DNA of 64,000 nucleotides from NCBI GenBank assembly GCA_023263855.1, contig JALQUF010000002.1, positions 2,238 through 66,237 on the forward strand, read 5' to 3'. The notes under the pieces were generated by a model that searched no databases, was not told where the DNA came from, and saw nothing but the letters and a program-made list of their open reading frames with translations. This DNA is from Yoonia sp. GTDB taxonomy: Bacteria > Pseudomonadota > Alphaproteobacteria > Rhodobacterales > Rhodobacteraceae. This document shows, one piece after another, positions 1 to 10,102 of the stretch. Positions within the stretch are counted from its first letter, which is position 1. Every line of letters begins with the position of its first letter. The translations under genes were made by a program, and so were the position numbers.

Positions 1-504
1 ATAGCATTCCGCTATCCACGTGGCGAAGGGGTTGGTCTGGAACTGCCAGAGCGGGGCGAGCTGATCGAGATCGGCAAGGGCCGGATCGTAGAAGAAGGAT
101 CCGACGTGGCAATTCTGTCCTTTGGGGCGCATTTGGCGGAGTGCCGCAAAGCAGCTTCGGCACTGGCGGCGCAGGGGGTATCCACGACCATTGCCGATGC
201 GCGCTTTGCCAAACCGTTGGATCACGCGCTGATCCGCCAATTGTTAAAGAACCACAAAGCTCTGGTCACAGTTGAACAAGGGTCGCGTGGTGGCTTTGGG
301 GCGATGGTGCTGCATGATCTGGCCAATGATGGTTTGCTGGACGGGCGCTGCCAAGTGCGGACGATGACACTGCCGGATCGCTACATCGACCACGCATCAC
401 CCGATGCGATGTATGCGGATGCGGGGCTGACGGCGGTGGATATTGCCGCGATGGCGATGCAGGCGGCGGGAATTGAAGTGAAGCGGCAGGGCGTCACTGT
501 TTGA
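1..504 (+). CDS. dxs: 1-deoxy-D-xylulose-5-phosphate synthase, C-terminal part (5' truncated by window)
   Basis: Frame 1 reads [10 protein letters not shown]...[10 protein letters not shown]...DARFAKPLD...VTVEQG..GGFG...[12 protein letters not shown], the DXS transketolase C-terminal domain. Confidence 0.95.
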   Translation: MAFRYPRGEGVGLELPERGELIEIGKGRIVEEGSDVAILSFGAHLAECRKAASALAAQGVSTTIADARFAKPLDHALIRQLLKNHKALVTVEQGSRGGFGAMVLHDLANDGLLDGRCQVRTMTLPDRYIDHASPDAMYADAGLTAVDIAAMAMQAAGIEVKRQGVTV

Positions 505-511
505 TAGGGCA

Positions 512-547
512 GGAGCCTCTGGCGGGGATATTTTTGGGCCAGTAATG
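512..547. repeat. Possible Rhodobacteraceae dispersed intergenic (REP-like) element, single degenerate copy
   Basis: GGAGCCTCTGGCGGGGATATTTTTGGGCCAGTAATG between convergent genes resembles a short repeat I recall from roseobacter intergenic regions; only one copy in this window. Confidence 0.4.
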
Positions 548-560
548 GCAGGGTGTGGTT

Positions 561-1670
561 CTAAAGCGGACCTGTTTGGAAAAGCCAGACTTTTAGCCCG
601 CCGTGTGGGATGGGTGCGCCTTTCGGTTTGAAGGGGAGGCCTGCAGCTTTGGCGAGGCCTGCCTCGCTTGTGACCATACCGACCCGCCAGCCCGAGAATT
701 CGCGTTTGATAGCCTCGCCCAGTCCGGCATAGACACCGTAGAGCATGTTCTGGTTGCCGATGCGGCCGCCATAGGGCGGGTTGCAGATGATCAGGCCGGG
801 CGGGCCTTCGGGCCGCTTGATGTCGGCGGCTGAGAGGTTTTGGAACGTGATGTAGTCGCCCACGCCTGCCCGTGCGGCGTTGGCGCTGGCCATGCGGATG
901 GCGCCTGCGTCGCGGTCGCTGCCGTAGAAATGCTGGGCGGGCGCGTGGGTTTCGCCTGCCCTGCGCATATCTTGCCATTTGTCTTTGTCGAATGTCGCGA
1001 GATGCTGGAACGCAAAATCGCGGGCGCGGCCTGGGTTCAGCCCCATTGCGATCTCGGCGGCTTCAATCAGAAACGTGCCTGAGCCGCACATCGGATCCAG
1101 TACGGGCTCAACCCCGTCATAGGCGCATTCACGCAGCATCAACGCGGCGAGCGTTTCGCGCATGGGGGCTTTGCCGACCGCTACTTTGTGCCCGCGCTTG
1201 TGCAGGCTTTCGCCCGAGGTATCGACGCTGATCGTGACGCGGTTGTCGTCGATCCGCACTTTGATCGCGACAGGCGCATCTGCGGCGATGGTCATTGTGT
1301 GACTGTCTTTTAGCGCGGTCTCGATCCGTTGGGTCGCGGCGCCGGCATGGTAGATCTTTGATTTCTTTGAGGTGCTGACCTCAACCCGTACGGGCACATC
1401 AGCGCGCAACACGTCGCCCCAGGCAAATTTGCGCGCGCGTTTGTCCAGTTGCGCAAGGTGAAATGCCATAAAGCTGCCGATGCGTGCCAGAATGCGGGTC
1501 GCGCCGCGCATCACAAGGTTGGCGCGCCAGACATCTTCCCACGTGCCCATCACGGTGATGCCGCCGGGGGTTATCTGCGCATCGGCAAAGCCATTGTCCA
1601 GCGCTTCGGCATGGAGTGCTTTTTCAAGCCCGGGGGTGCCGACCATGAAGATTTCAAAGGGTTCTGTCAT
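561..1670 (-). CDS. THUMP-domain class I SAM-dependent RNA methyltransferase (RlmL/UPF0020-like)
   Basis: DTSGESLHKRG, APMRETLAA, LDPMCGSGT and NPPYG motifs; start taken at MTEPFEIF. Confidence 0.9.
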   Translation of the reverse strand: MTEPFEIFMVGTPGLEKALHAEALDNGFADAQITPGGITVMGTWEDVWRANLVMRGATRILARIGSFMAFHLAQLDKRARKFAWGDVLRADVPVRVEVSTSKKSKIYHAGAATQRIETALKDSHTMTIAADAPVAIKVRIDDNRVTISVDTSGESLHKRGHKVAVGKAPMRETLAALMLRECAYDGVEPVLDPMCGSGTFLIEAAEIAMGLNPGRARDFAFQHLATFDKDKWQDMRRAGETHAPAQHFYGSDRDAGAIRMASANAARAGVGDYITFQNLSAADIKRPEGPPGLIICNPPYGGRIGNQNMLYGVYAGLGEAIKREFSGWRVGMVTSEAGLAKAAGLPFKPKGAPIPHGGLKVWLFQTGPL

Positions 1671-1721
1671 GTCGTGTGCATACGGGGCTTTGCGGCGCAG
1701 ATGCAAACGGCAATCGCAACT

Positions 1722-3104
1722 TTAGAAATTGGATTCAACGCCGAAGAGCAGTTGAAGGGTGGAGGACGTGAATTCCTCTGCGGTCGACTCTGTGCGTGTG
1801 GCCGCCACGGTGATACTGGGTGAGAAGCCAAAATAGCTGACATCCCGGAATGTCGCGGTTCCGCTGGCCGAGATGAACTGATCGTCACGCCCGTCCAGCG
1901 TTGTGGTGAATTCTTCATAGGTCCGTGACCCGATCTGTAGCGATGTCGAAAGCTGGACGCCAAAGACTGGTTCCGCCACTGCATACCCGACACCAAGCTG
2001 GTATTCATTGAACGAGTTCTCAAAGCCTGCATCCTTCCGCCGCCCGCTGAGGCTGAATTGCAGCTGATCGCTATTTGCCAAGATGTGATCATAGGTGCCA
2101 ATCAGATCAGTTGTTGTCGAATCCAGCAAAGCGGGTGTCAGGGCATCCTGATCGCGGTTGAAAACTGTCAGGCGAAACCTGTTGTTCCGATTGATAGGAA
2201 AAACCTGCTCGATGGTCAGATCGCGGAAGTTCACCAACCTTTCCCCGCCTTCCCAATAGGTGCCAAGGTTCAGGCCCAGGTTGACGGGCCCAAATGGGCT
2301 TATGTTGTTTTGCTGCCTGCTGATGCCAATTGCGGCTGTCACGGTGGAAAAATCGCTGCCTTTGACGGCACGCACGTCCGCGTTAGGAGAGCTAGCGAGC
2401 AGATCTTTTGCGTCTTGAGACAAAGCGTAAGTCACCGCTGACACTGAGCCGATCAGTTGCGTTGATTGCTGCGGGCCTTGCGAAATACGGTATTTCAATT
2501 CCGAACTTGCCGAGAACCCGACCCCGGAAAGCGAGCGCCGATCTTCGGGTAACACGAAGGTCAGGCCGATTCCTTCCAGCCGCAACACACCGTCCTCAGA
2601 CCCGTTATTCACATTATCCGAAGGGGCGATAGACGCCGTGACTTGCACGGATAGCGGATTGGCGTCGACCGTCGTGGCATAAGCTTGGGCGATGGTCCGC
2701 AGATCAGTTTCGCTTTGTGCGTGGTTTGCCGCGCGGCGCAGCCAGATTTCGGACCGGGTATATTGCCCCGCCCGAAAGTGTGTGCCTGCCACGAAGCGCG
2801 CAGCCTGAAAACGGTTGTCTTCTGATGTGGCGGCTAGATAGGCACGTGCGCCTGTTGATGTGGCGGCCTGAAGATCCCCTATGTCAGATTGCCCAAGTGC
2901 GAGCAGATACAACGCGATGAAGCTGTCTGGCTGGACGGCAAGCATTTGGGTTGCAATCTGTACGGTATCGCGGGGGCGGCCCGCGACGAGCGCTTCTTCC
3001 GCTTCGGTCTGCAAAATGTCGGGCATAGTTTGCGCCAGCGCGGGCAGCGGCACGGCCAGTATCGCCAAACATAGCGCACCAATTGTTCTCAAAGCCTGCC
3101 TCAC
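1722..3104 (-). CDS. TPR + beta-barrel outer-membrane protein, SLAM/DUF560 (type XI secretion)-like
   Basis: Signal peptide (LPALA-Q), Ala-rich TPR-like helices, APSDNVNNGS barrel-entry motif, amphipathic strands, terminal Phe (VESNF); likely GTG start 3104 after AGGA (ORF extends to 3242). Confidence 0.7.
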   Translation of the reverse strand: MRQALRTIGALCLAILAVPLPALAQTMPDILQTEAEEALVAGRPRDTVQIATQMLAVQPDSFIALYLLALGQSDIGDLQAATSTGARAYLAATSEDNRFQAARFVAGTHFRAGQYTRSEIWLRRAANHAQSETDLRTIAQAYATTVDANPLSVQVTASIAPSDNVNNGSEDGVLRLEGIGLTFVLPEDRRSLSGVGFSASSELKYRISQGPQQSTQLIGSVSAVTYALSQDAKDLLASSPNADVRAVKGSDFSTVTAAIGISRQQNNISPFGPVNLGLNLGTYWEGGERLVNFRDLTIEQVFPINRNNRFRLTVFNRDQDALTPALLDSTTTDLIGTYDHILANSDQLQFSLSGRRKDAGFENSFNEYQLGVGYAVAEPVFGVQLSTSLQIGSRTYEEFTTTLDGRDDQFISASGTATFRDVSYFGFSPSITVAATRTESTAEEFTSSTLQLLFGVESNF

Positions 3105-3356
3105 TGTGGTCCTGGGATGTTCATGGCAAGCTAGCCGTTTCTTTGGGGCTTGCGAAACTCTATTCTGCCCGAGCGTCATACGCGCGCCGCATTGCTCTAG
3201 TTTTGCCACAATTGCATCCGATTTTCGGCGCTTTTCCTCCATACCGTCTCACGGTCCAAGCGGGCTTCGGCCTTTGGGGCAGTGGCTTGTTCTTTTATGT
3301 TGAGTGATGTGAACGGTAGGGCATAGCTCATTCAAGGATTGAACCGGAGTGATTTT

Positions 3357-3881
3357 ATGAAGGCAGCCTTTTCGATAATGGCACTTTGCTTTGCCGCGGC
3401 ATGCGGTGGTGCGGGTGGTTCTGGCGGAAGCATCGACAGCCGCGTTGACGCGCCCAGTTCAATGGTCGTGCAATCAGTCAATGCCGTCAGGTCATCTTCG
3501 GATCGTACCTTTGCAGGTATGTTGAATAGCGTGCGAGCAGTGAATGGTTCAGAACCCGTGTTTGTTGATACACACTTGGTTGCGGCAGCTCAGGGGCATG
3601 CTGACGATATGTTCACCCGAGACTATTTTAGCCATATCAATGAGAGAGACGCCCACCTTCGGACCCCTGCCGACCGTGCTGTTGCGGCGGGATATGGCTC
3701 AGGATTTGTCGCTGAAAACATTGGTTGGGGTTATTCTGACGAAGAAAGCGTCTTGGTTGGTTGGGTGGAGTCACCTGGTCACCAAGCCAATAATATAGAC
3801 CCACGATTTGAAGACTTTGGGCTTGCGAAAGCTGGCACTGGATCAAATCAATACTGGGTTCTGATGTTGGGGCGTGACTAG
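3357..3881 (+). CDS. CAP (SCP/PR-1) domain lipoprotein
   Basis: Lipobox FAAAC-GG, AAQGHADDM, YFSH, AENIGWG, WVESPGHQANN, YWVLMLG motifs; GGAG RBS before ATG 3357. Confidence 0.88.
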   Translation: MKAAFSIMALCFAAACGGAGGSGGSIDSRVDAPSSMVVQSVNAVRSSSDRTFAGMLNSVRAVNGSEPVFVDTHLVAAAQGHADDMFTRDYFSHINERDAHLRTPADRAVAAGYGSGFVAENIGWGYSDEESVLVGWVESPGHQANNIDPRFEDFGLAKAGTGSNQYWVLMLGRD

Positions 3882-3890
3882 CGAACTGCT

Positions 3891-4658
3891 CTAGCGCACA
3901 ATCACCCGTGATGGGGCAGCTTCTGGTTTTGGCTTCGCAATACCTTCAAACGCTTTCAGGGGCTTCTTGACCGCCTCGGATAACCCCGGTCGCGTGGGGG
4001 CTGCCATCTGTTTGCTGACCTCTATGATCAGCACACCGCCCGCGGCGACGACGGGGAGGTTGTGGCCAATACGCTCAAGAAATCCGGCTGACTTGCGCCA
4101 GATTTTACGTCCCGACGGCGGCTGATAAAGAGCCGATAACGCGCGTTCGGTGACGAATTGATGCCGCCGCAGTTGCGCTTCGAGCTGGCTGAGTGAGTAG
4201 GGGCGACCATATCCGAACGGTGTTGCATCAGAGCGTGACCAGAGCCCGGCACGGTTGGGCACGATAAAGACCGCCCGGCCACCGGGGCCAAGTACGCGCC
4301 AGACTTCATCCAGCAAAAGCGATGGCTGCTCTGTTGTCTCAAGCCCGTGCAGCATGACCAGTTTGTCGACATGCCCGGTTTCGATGGGCCAAGAGGTATC
4401 TTCACAGAGAACACTGACGTTCTTGCCATCAGGGGGCCACGGCATCACGCCTTGCGGGCCGGGCATCAGCCCGATCACCCGCCGCGCGTCTTTCAGGAAC
4501 GGACGCAACAACGGCAGGGCGAACCCAAAGCCTACAACCATCTGGCCCTTTGCCTCGGGCCACATGGCGCAGAGTTCATCCCGGATCACCTTTTGCGCCG
4601 CACGCCCCAATGCGCTGCGGTAATAGAACTTTCGCAAATCCAAAACGTCGAGATGCAT
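3891..4658 (-). CDS. Class I SAM-dependent methyltransferase (YafS-like)
   Basis: [13 protein letters not shown]..., [24 protein letters not shown]; classic divergent partner of gloB. Confidence 0.85.
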   Translation of the reverse strand: MHLDVLDLRKFYYRSALGRAAQKVIRDELCAMWPEAKGQMVVGFGFALPLLRPFLKDARRVIGLMPGPQGVMPWPPDGKNVSVLCEDTSWPIETGHVDKLVMLHGLETTEQPSLLLDEVWRVLGPGGRAVFIVPNRAGLWSRSDATPFGYGRPYSLSQLEAQLRRHQFVTERALSALYQPPSGRKIWRKSAGFLERIGHNLPVVAAGGVLIIEVSKQMAAPTRPGLSEAVKKPLKAFEGIAKPKPEAAPSRVIVR

Positions 4659-4721
4659 TGCGGTTTGCGGCTCCTTGGGCAAAGCTGTTGGGATAGCATA
4701 TCAAGAGAAAGGCACATTGCC

Positions 4722-5495
4722 ATGACAAAGACGTCTGCGGTGGAATTGGTCGTCGTGCCGTGCCGAACGGATAACTACGCTTTCTTGGTGCATAACCACG
4801 ACACAGGCGAGACCGCCTTGATCGATGCGCCCGAAGCCGCGCCGATTGCGGCCGCACTTGCCGCGCGGGGATGGCGCCTGAACGATATTCTGATCACCCA
4901 TCACCACGATGATCACATTGATGGCGTTGCCGCGCTGCGTGAAGGTGCGCGCGTGATCGGTGCTAAAGCTGATGCTCATCGTTTGCCTGATCTTGATCTG
5001 GCCGTTGAAGATGGTGACAGCGTGACGGTCTGCGGGCAAGCGACCCACGTTTTGGGTGTTTCCGGCCACACAGTTGGTCACATCGCCTATCACATGCCTG
5101 ATGCCGCGCTTGTATTTACAGCCGACAGTCTGATGGCGCTGGGCTGTGGGCGCTTGTTCGAAGGGACGCCTGCACAGATGTGGGACAGCATGCAAAAGCT
5201 GCGCGCCTTGCCTGACGACACGCTGGTTTGCTCGGGTCATGAATACACCGAAACCAATGCGCGTTTCGCCGCATCCCTTGACCCGGATAATCCTGACCTT
5301 ATCTCTCGTATCAAGCGGATCGAAACAGCCCGCGCAGCTGGCACCCCCACGGTCCCCTCAACGCTGACCGAAGAGAAGCGCACAAACCCGTTTTTGCGCG
5401 CTGATGTTCCCGAATTCAAAGCCGTCCTTGGCATGGAGGATGCATCCGCAGTGGATGTGTTTGCTTACACACGGGCGCAGAAAGACAAGTTTTAA
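4722..5495 (+). CDS. gloB: Hydroxyacylglutathione hydrolase (glyoxalase II)
   Basis: DNYAFL, THHHDDHIDG, GHTVGH, GCGRLFEG, GHEYT, TNPFLR motifs. Confidence 0.95.
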   Translation: MTKTSAVELVVVPCRTDNYAFLVHNHDTGETALIDAPEAAPIAAALAARGWRLNDILITHHHDDHIDGVAALREGARVIGAKADAHRLPDLDLAVEDGDSVTVCGQATHVLGVSGHTVGHIAYHMPDAALVFTADSLMALGCGRLFEGTPAQMWDSMQKLRALPDDTLVCSGHEYTETNARFAASLDPDNPDLISRIKRIETARAAGTPTVPSTLTEEKRTNPFLRADVPEFKAVLGMEDASAVDVFAYTRAQKDKF

Positions 5496-5675
5496 CCACC
5501 TAGTTGTGAGAGTGTGGTCAAAAGCAGGTCAAAAACCCGGCATCACGCGTTTTGTGATGCCAAATGCGAAAAAAGTCCTTGAAGGTTGGGAAATAAAACC
5601 AAACTTTAAGGGTAAGAGGCCACGGTTGGTGTGTGTACCGCAGATGCCGGCCCCCGATATGAAGGAGCACAAGAC

Positions 5676-8000
5676 GTGCCATCATTTTCGACAACACTTG
5701 AGCAGTCCATCCACGGTGCCTTGGCGCTGGCGAATGAACGTAAACATGAACTTGCCACGCTAGAGCATTTGTTGCTGGCGTTGATTGACGAACCTGACGC
5801 GGCCCGCGTGATGCGGGCCTGTTCGGTGAATTTGGATGAACTGCGCAAGGATCTGGAAGGTTTTATCGAGGATGATCTGTCAACGCTCATCACCGATGTC
5901 GAAGGATCCGAGGCTGTCCCGACCGCCGCGTTCCAGCGCGTGATCCAGCGTGCAGCGATTCATGTGCAATCTTCTGGCCGCAGCGAAGTGACCGGGGCCA
6001 ACGTCTTGGTCGCAATCTTTGCCGAGCGTGAAAGCAACGCTGCCTACTTCCTTCAAGAACAGGACATGACTCGCTATGACGCGGTGAACTTCATCGCCCA
6101 CGGCGTCGCGAAGGACCCGGCTTTCGGTGAATCGCGCCCTGTGACCGGGTCAACCGACGAGGGTGAAACGATCGCCCCCGGTGAAGGTGACGAAAAAGAA
6201 AGCGCATTGGCGAAATATTGCGTTGATCTGAATGCCAAGGCAAAAGAGGGCGATGTTGACCCTCTGATCGGCCGCGCTCATGAGGTGGAACGCTGCATTC
6301 AGGTGCTGTGCCGCCGCCGCAAGAACAACCCGCTGTTGGTGGGTGATCCGGGCGTAGGGAAAACTGCGATTGCCGAAGGTCTGGCCTTTAAGATCGTGAA
6401 TGGTGAAACGCCAGAGGTGCTGTCGAAAGCGACGATCTATTCGCTGGATATGGGCGCATTGCTGGCCGGCACACGCTATCGCGGTGATTTCGAAGAACGC
6501 CTGAAGGCCGTGATGACCGAGATGGAAGATCATCCCGATGCAGTACTATTTATCGACGAAATCCACACCGTCATCGGTGCTGGTGCGACATCTGGTGGCG
6601 CTATGGATGCGTCAAACCTGCTGAAACCTGCGTTGCAGGGCGGCAAGCTGCGCTGCATGGGATCGACGACATATAAAGAATTCCGTCAGCACTTTGAAAA
6701 GGATCGCGCCTTGTCGCGCCGGTTCCAGAAGATTGATGTGACAGAGCCCTCGGTACCTGACGCGATCAAGATTTTGCAGGGTCTGAAGCCTTACTTCGAA
6801 GAGCACCACCACATCAAGTACACCGCCGACGCGATCAAGACAGCGGTGGAGCTGTCGGCACGTTATATCAACGATCGTAAATTGCCTGATAAGGCGATTG
6901 ACGTGATTGATGAGGCGGGCGCGGCCCAGCATCTGGTGGCTGAAAGCAAGCGCCGCAAGACGATTGGTGCCAAAGAGATCGAGAATGTAGTGGCCAAGAT
7001 TGCCCGCATTCCGCCCAAGAACGTGTCGAAAGACGACGCTGAGGTTCTCAAGGATCTTGAGAAGTCACTTAAGCGCGTGGTCTTTGGTCAGGATGCCGCT
7101 ATTGAAGCGCTCTCCTCAGCGATCAAACTGGCGCGGGCCGGTCTGCGTGAGCCCGAAAAGCCGATTGGCAACTACTTGTTCGCAGGGCCAACCGGTGTAG
7201 GTAAGACCGAGGTGGCGAAACAGCTGGCAGATACGCTGGGTGTGGAATTGTTGCGGTTCGATATGTCGGAGTACATGGAAAAGCACGCAGTTTCACGTCT
7301 GATTGGCGCCCCTCCCGGCTATGTTGGCTTTGACCAGGGTGGTATGCTGACCGACGGCGTTGATCAGAACCCGCATTGTGTGTTGCTGCTGGATGAGATG
7401 GAGAAGGCGCACCCTGACGTCTACAACATCTTGTTGCAGGTGATGGACCACGGCAAGTTGACCGATCATAACGGACGAACAACCGATTTCCGCAATGTGA
7501 TCATCATCATGACGTCGAACGCGGGTGCGGCAGAAATGTCGAAAAACGCGCTGGGCTTTGGGCGTGAAAGCCGCGAAGGTGAAGACACTGCCGCGATCGA
7601 GCGGACATTCACACCCGAATTCCGTAACCGGCTTGATGCGATCATCAGCTTTGGCGCACTGCCGAAACCTGTGATCATGCAGGTTGTGGAAAAATTCGTG
7701 CTGCAACTCGAAGCGCAATTAATCGACCGCAATGTGCATATTGAACTGACAAACGCGGCTGCCGAATGGTTGGCCGATAAAGGTTACGATCAGAAAATGG
7801 GTGCACGTCCTTTGGGTCGTGTCATCCAAGAACATATCAAAAAGCCACTTGCCGAAGAATTGCTCTTTGGAAAGCTGGTCAAAGGTGGAATCGTCAAGGT
7901 GGGCGTCAAAAAGGGCGAGCTTGAACTACGGTTCGAGTCGCCGGCGCAAGGCCAAATTTCCGGTGGGGGTAACAAACCGCCACTTCTGACCGCAGACTAG
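5676..8000 (+). CDS. clpA: ATP-dependent Clp protease ATP-binding subunit ClpA
   Basis: Two AAA+ modules ([16 protein letters not shown]), [28 protein letters not shown]; GTG start after AAGGAG RBS. Confidence 0.97.
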   Translation: MPSFSTTLEQSIHGALALANERKHELATLEHLLLALIDEPDAARVMRACSVNLDELRKDLEGFIEDDLSTLITDVEGSEAVPTAAFQRVIQRAAIHVQSSGRSEVTGANVLVAIFAERESNAAYFLQEQDMTRYDAVNFIAHGVAKDPAFGESRPVTGSTDEGETIAPGEGDEKESALAKYCVDLNAKAKEGDVDPLIGRAHEVERCIQVLCRRRKNNPLLVGDPGVGKTAIAEGLAFKIVNGETPEVLSKATIYSLDMGALLAGTRYRGDFEERLKAVMTEMEDHPDAVLFIDEIHTVIGAGATSGGAMDASNLLKPALQGGKLRCMGSTTYKEFRQHFEKDRALSRRFQKIDVTEPSVPDAIKILQGLKPYFEEHHHIKYTADAIKTAVELSARYINDRKLPDKAIDVIDEAGAAQHLVAESKRRKTIGAKEIENVVAKIARIPPKNVSKDDAEVLKDLEKSLKRVVFGQDAAIEALSSAIKLARAGLREPEKPIGNYLFAGPTGVGKTEVAKQLADTLGVELLRFDMSEYMEKHAVSRLIGAPPGYVGFDQGGMLTDGVDQNPHCVLLLDEMEKAHPDVYNILLQVMDHGKLTDHNGRTTDFRNVIIIMTSNAGAAEMSKNALGFGRESREGEDTAAIERTFTPEFRNRLDAIISFGALPKPVIMQVVEKFVLQLEAQLIDRNVHIELTNAAAEWLADKGYDQKMGARPLGRVIQEHIKKPLAEELLFGKLVKGGIVKVGVKKGELELRFESPAQGQISGGGNKPPLLTAD

Positions 8001-8007
8001 CCGCCAA

Positions 8008-8047
8008 CAAAAAGGCCCGCTGCTTGGACAAAGCAGCGGGCCTTTTG
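8008..8047. terminator. Bidirectional rho-independent terminator
   Basis: AAAAGGCCCGCTGCTT-loop-AAGCAGCGGGCCTTTT between convergent clpA and small ORF. Confidence 0.88.
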
Positions 8048-8070
8048 CGTTTTTAGATCCCGGATAAAGG

Positions 8071-8316
8071 CTACATGCCCCAGGTCAGCAAGACCAAGCT
8101 GACGACAATGCCCGGAACGATGATTTTCATCGGCCATACCAAGGCGGGCACACCGAACGTGAAAATGGCCAAGCCCCAAAGTGCGACAAGAGTGATTAGC
8201 GCCAAGACAATCTTGGCCTCCATGCTCATCGGAAAGAAAAAGTTGCGCAATTCCGCGACGGATTCTTTCATGGTGGCAGTGATCGGGCGTAGGTTTATGT
8301 GGTTAGTAAGCGTCAT
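8071..8316 (-). CDS. Small (81 aa) membrane protein of unknown function
   Basis: ATG preceded by GAGG/AAGGAAG, two C-terminal hydrophobic helices, ends at the terminator. Confidence 0.7.
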   Translation of the reverse strand: MTLTNHINLRPITATMKESVAELRNFFFPMSMEAKIVLALITLVALWGLAIFTFGVPALVWPMKIIVPGIVVSLVLLTWGM

Positions 8317-8529
8317 GTATCTTCCTTTTGTTTCCTCGGAAGTATGTGGCGGAATGCAGTTGTGCAGAGGACTGATTGCCGCACCTGCAGCATATGCCGC
8401 CCGGTGACCGACTTTGCAGTGCTGTCTGCTAACAGGCGGTGGTCCCACGGTCCGTCAAAAGCGCGATTGGCACGGTTTACCGTCTCAATGCAGGTTGCCT
8501 TGGGGCGATGTGCCGCTAGGTCTTATCTC

Positions 8530-8745
8530 ATGTCCAAGGCGCCCCAAATAGACCCCGCGCATGTCAGCGATATTATTCAGATGGCATTGTCTGATCACGT
8601 TAGCTTTCAGGATATTCGCCGAGAATACGGGATCGCTGAAAAGGATGTCAAAGCCCTGATGCGGGATAATCTGAAATCCGGCAGCTACCGTGCGTGGCGT
8701 AAACGGGTACGCACGTTTGGTGATCGTCGGGAAGCCTATAAATGA
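8530..8745 (+). CDS. TIGR03643/DUF2805-family small protein
   Basis: IIQMA.SD..SF..I...YG..EKDVKALMR..LK..SY..WRKRV pattern typical of this family. Confidence 0.8.
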   Translation: MSKAPQIDPAHVSDIIQMALSDHVSFQDIRREYGIAEKDVKALMRDNLKSGSYRAWRKRVRTFGDRREAYK

Positions 8746-8773
8746 GCGTACTTCCCCTGCCGGATACACAAGA

Positions 8774-10102
8774 ATGACTGACAAGCAGGATATGCCGCGT
8801 GCGCTGGCCGTACCGTCCAGTCGCGTGTCCCGTTTTACGCGTTTGGGCGCGATGACCGCGGGTGTTGCTGGCAATATGGCTGTCAACGGCCTGAACCAAT
8901 GGGTGAAGGGCCAGCGCCCTGCGATGCGTGATCTTTTGATGACGCCGCAGAATATTAGTCGGGTGACTGAAAAGCTCGCGCAGATGCGCGGTGCCGCGAT
9001 GAAGATCGGGCAGTTGATGTCGATGGACAGCGGTGAATTTCTGCCGCCTGAGTTGGCGCAGATCATGGCGCGTTTGCGTGATGACGCACATGTTATGCCG
9101 CCGGCGCAGTTGAAGAAGGTGTTGACTGCCAATTGGCCGGACGGCTGGCTTGGGCAGTTTGCCCAATTTGATGTCCGCCCGATCGCCGCGGCATCCATCG
9201 GACAGGTGCATCGTGCGCGTCTAAAAGGCGGAACAGAGCTTGCTATCAAAGTTCAGTACCCCGGGGTTGCACAAAGCATTGACAGCGACGTGGCGAATGT
9301 GGGTGCCTTGCTGCGCATGTCGGGCCTGCTGCCCAAAGGCTTTGAGCTGGCTCCCTATCTGGAAGAGGCCCGCAAGCAGCTTCATCTTGAAACGGATTAC
9401 GTACAAGAAGGTGAAAATCTCGCGCGGTTTGGCAGGCTCTTGGCGGATGCGCCCGCATTTACAGTGCCGGCACATTACCCCGAATGGAGCACGCGTGAGA
9501 TCCTTGCGATGTCATTTGTTGAAGGGGCGCCGATCGAAGCGGCGTTCACCCAACCCAAACCGGAAAGAGATCGGATCGCTGATGCCTTGATCGGCCTGAC
9601 GTTGCGCGAATTGTTTGATGACGGATTGATGCAGACGGACCCCAATTTCGCCAATTACCGCTATGATGCTGCGACGGGGCAGATCGTCTTGCTGGATTTT
9701 GGCGCCACCCGTGTGCTGGATGCAAAAGTCGTTGATCAATACAGACGGTTGCTGGCCGCCGGCCTGTCGGATGACACGTTGGCAATGGGCAAGATCGCCG
9801 AAGAAATCGGTTTTGTTGCCGCGGATACGGCGCAACGGCATCGCGCGGCAATCATGGATATGATGGATATGGCTTTTGCTGCCTTACGCCGGAATGGCGC
9901 CTTCGATTTCACAGATAAGGCTCTGCCGCGTGCAATGCAGAATGCGGGTATGGCTTTGGCGGAAGATGGGTTCATCCCGCCGCCTTTGCCGATTGATGTG
10001 CTGCTGTTGCAGCGCAAATTCGGGGGTATGTTTCTGCTTGCCAGTCAGTTGGGTGCACAGGTTGATTTGCGTGGCTACCTTCAGCGCTACACAGGCGTTT
10101 AA
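8774..10102 (+). CDS. AarF/ABC1/UbiB-family atypical kinase, COQ8-like
   Basis: RGAAMKIGQ (KxGQ), PIAAASIGQVH, AIKVQYPG, MQTDPNFANY, LLDFG. Confidence 0.9.
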   Translation: MTDKQDMPRALAVPSSRVSRFTRLGAMTAGVAGNMAVNGLNQWVKGQRPAMRDLLMTPQNISRVTEKLAQMRGAAMKIGQLMSMDSGEFLPPELAQIMARLRDDAHVMPPAQLKKVLTANWPDGWLGQFAQFDVRPIAAASIGQVHRARLKGGTELAIKVQYPGVAQSIDSDVANVGALLRMSGLLPKGFELAPYLEEARKQLHLETDYVQEGENLARFGRLLADAPAFTVPAHYPEWSTREILAMSFVEGAPIEAAFTQPKPERDRIADALIGLTLRELFDDGLMQTDPNFANYRYDAATGQIVLLDFGATRVLDAKVVDQYRRLLAAGLSDDTLAMGKIAEEIGFVAADTAQRHRAAIMDMMDMAFAALRRNGAFDFTDKALPRAMQNAGMALAEDGFIPPPLPIDVLLLQRKFGGMFLLASQLGAQVDLRGYLQRYTGV

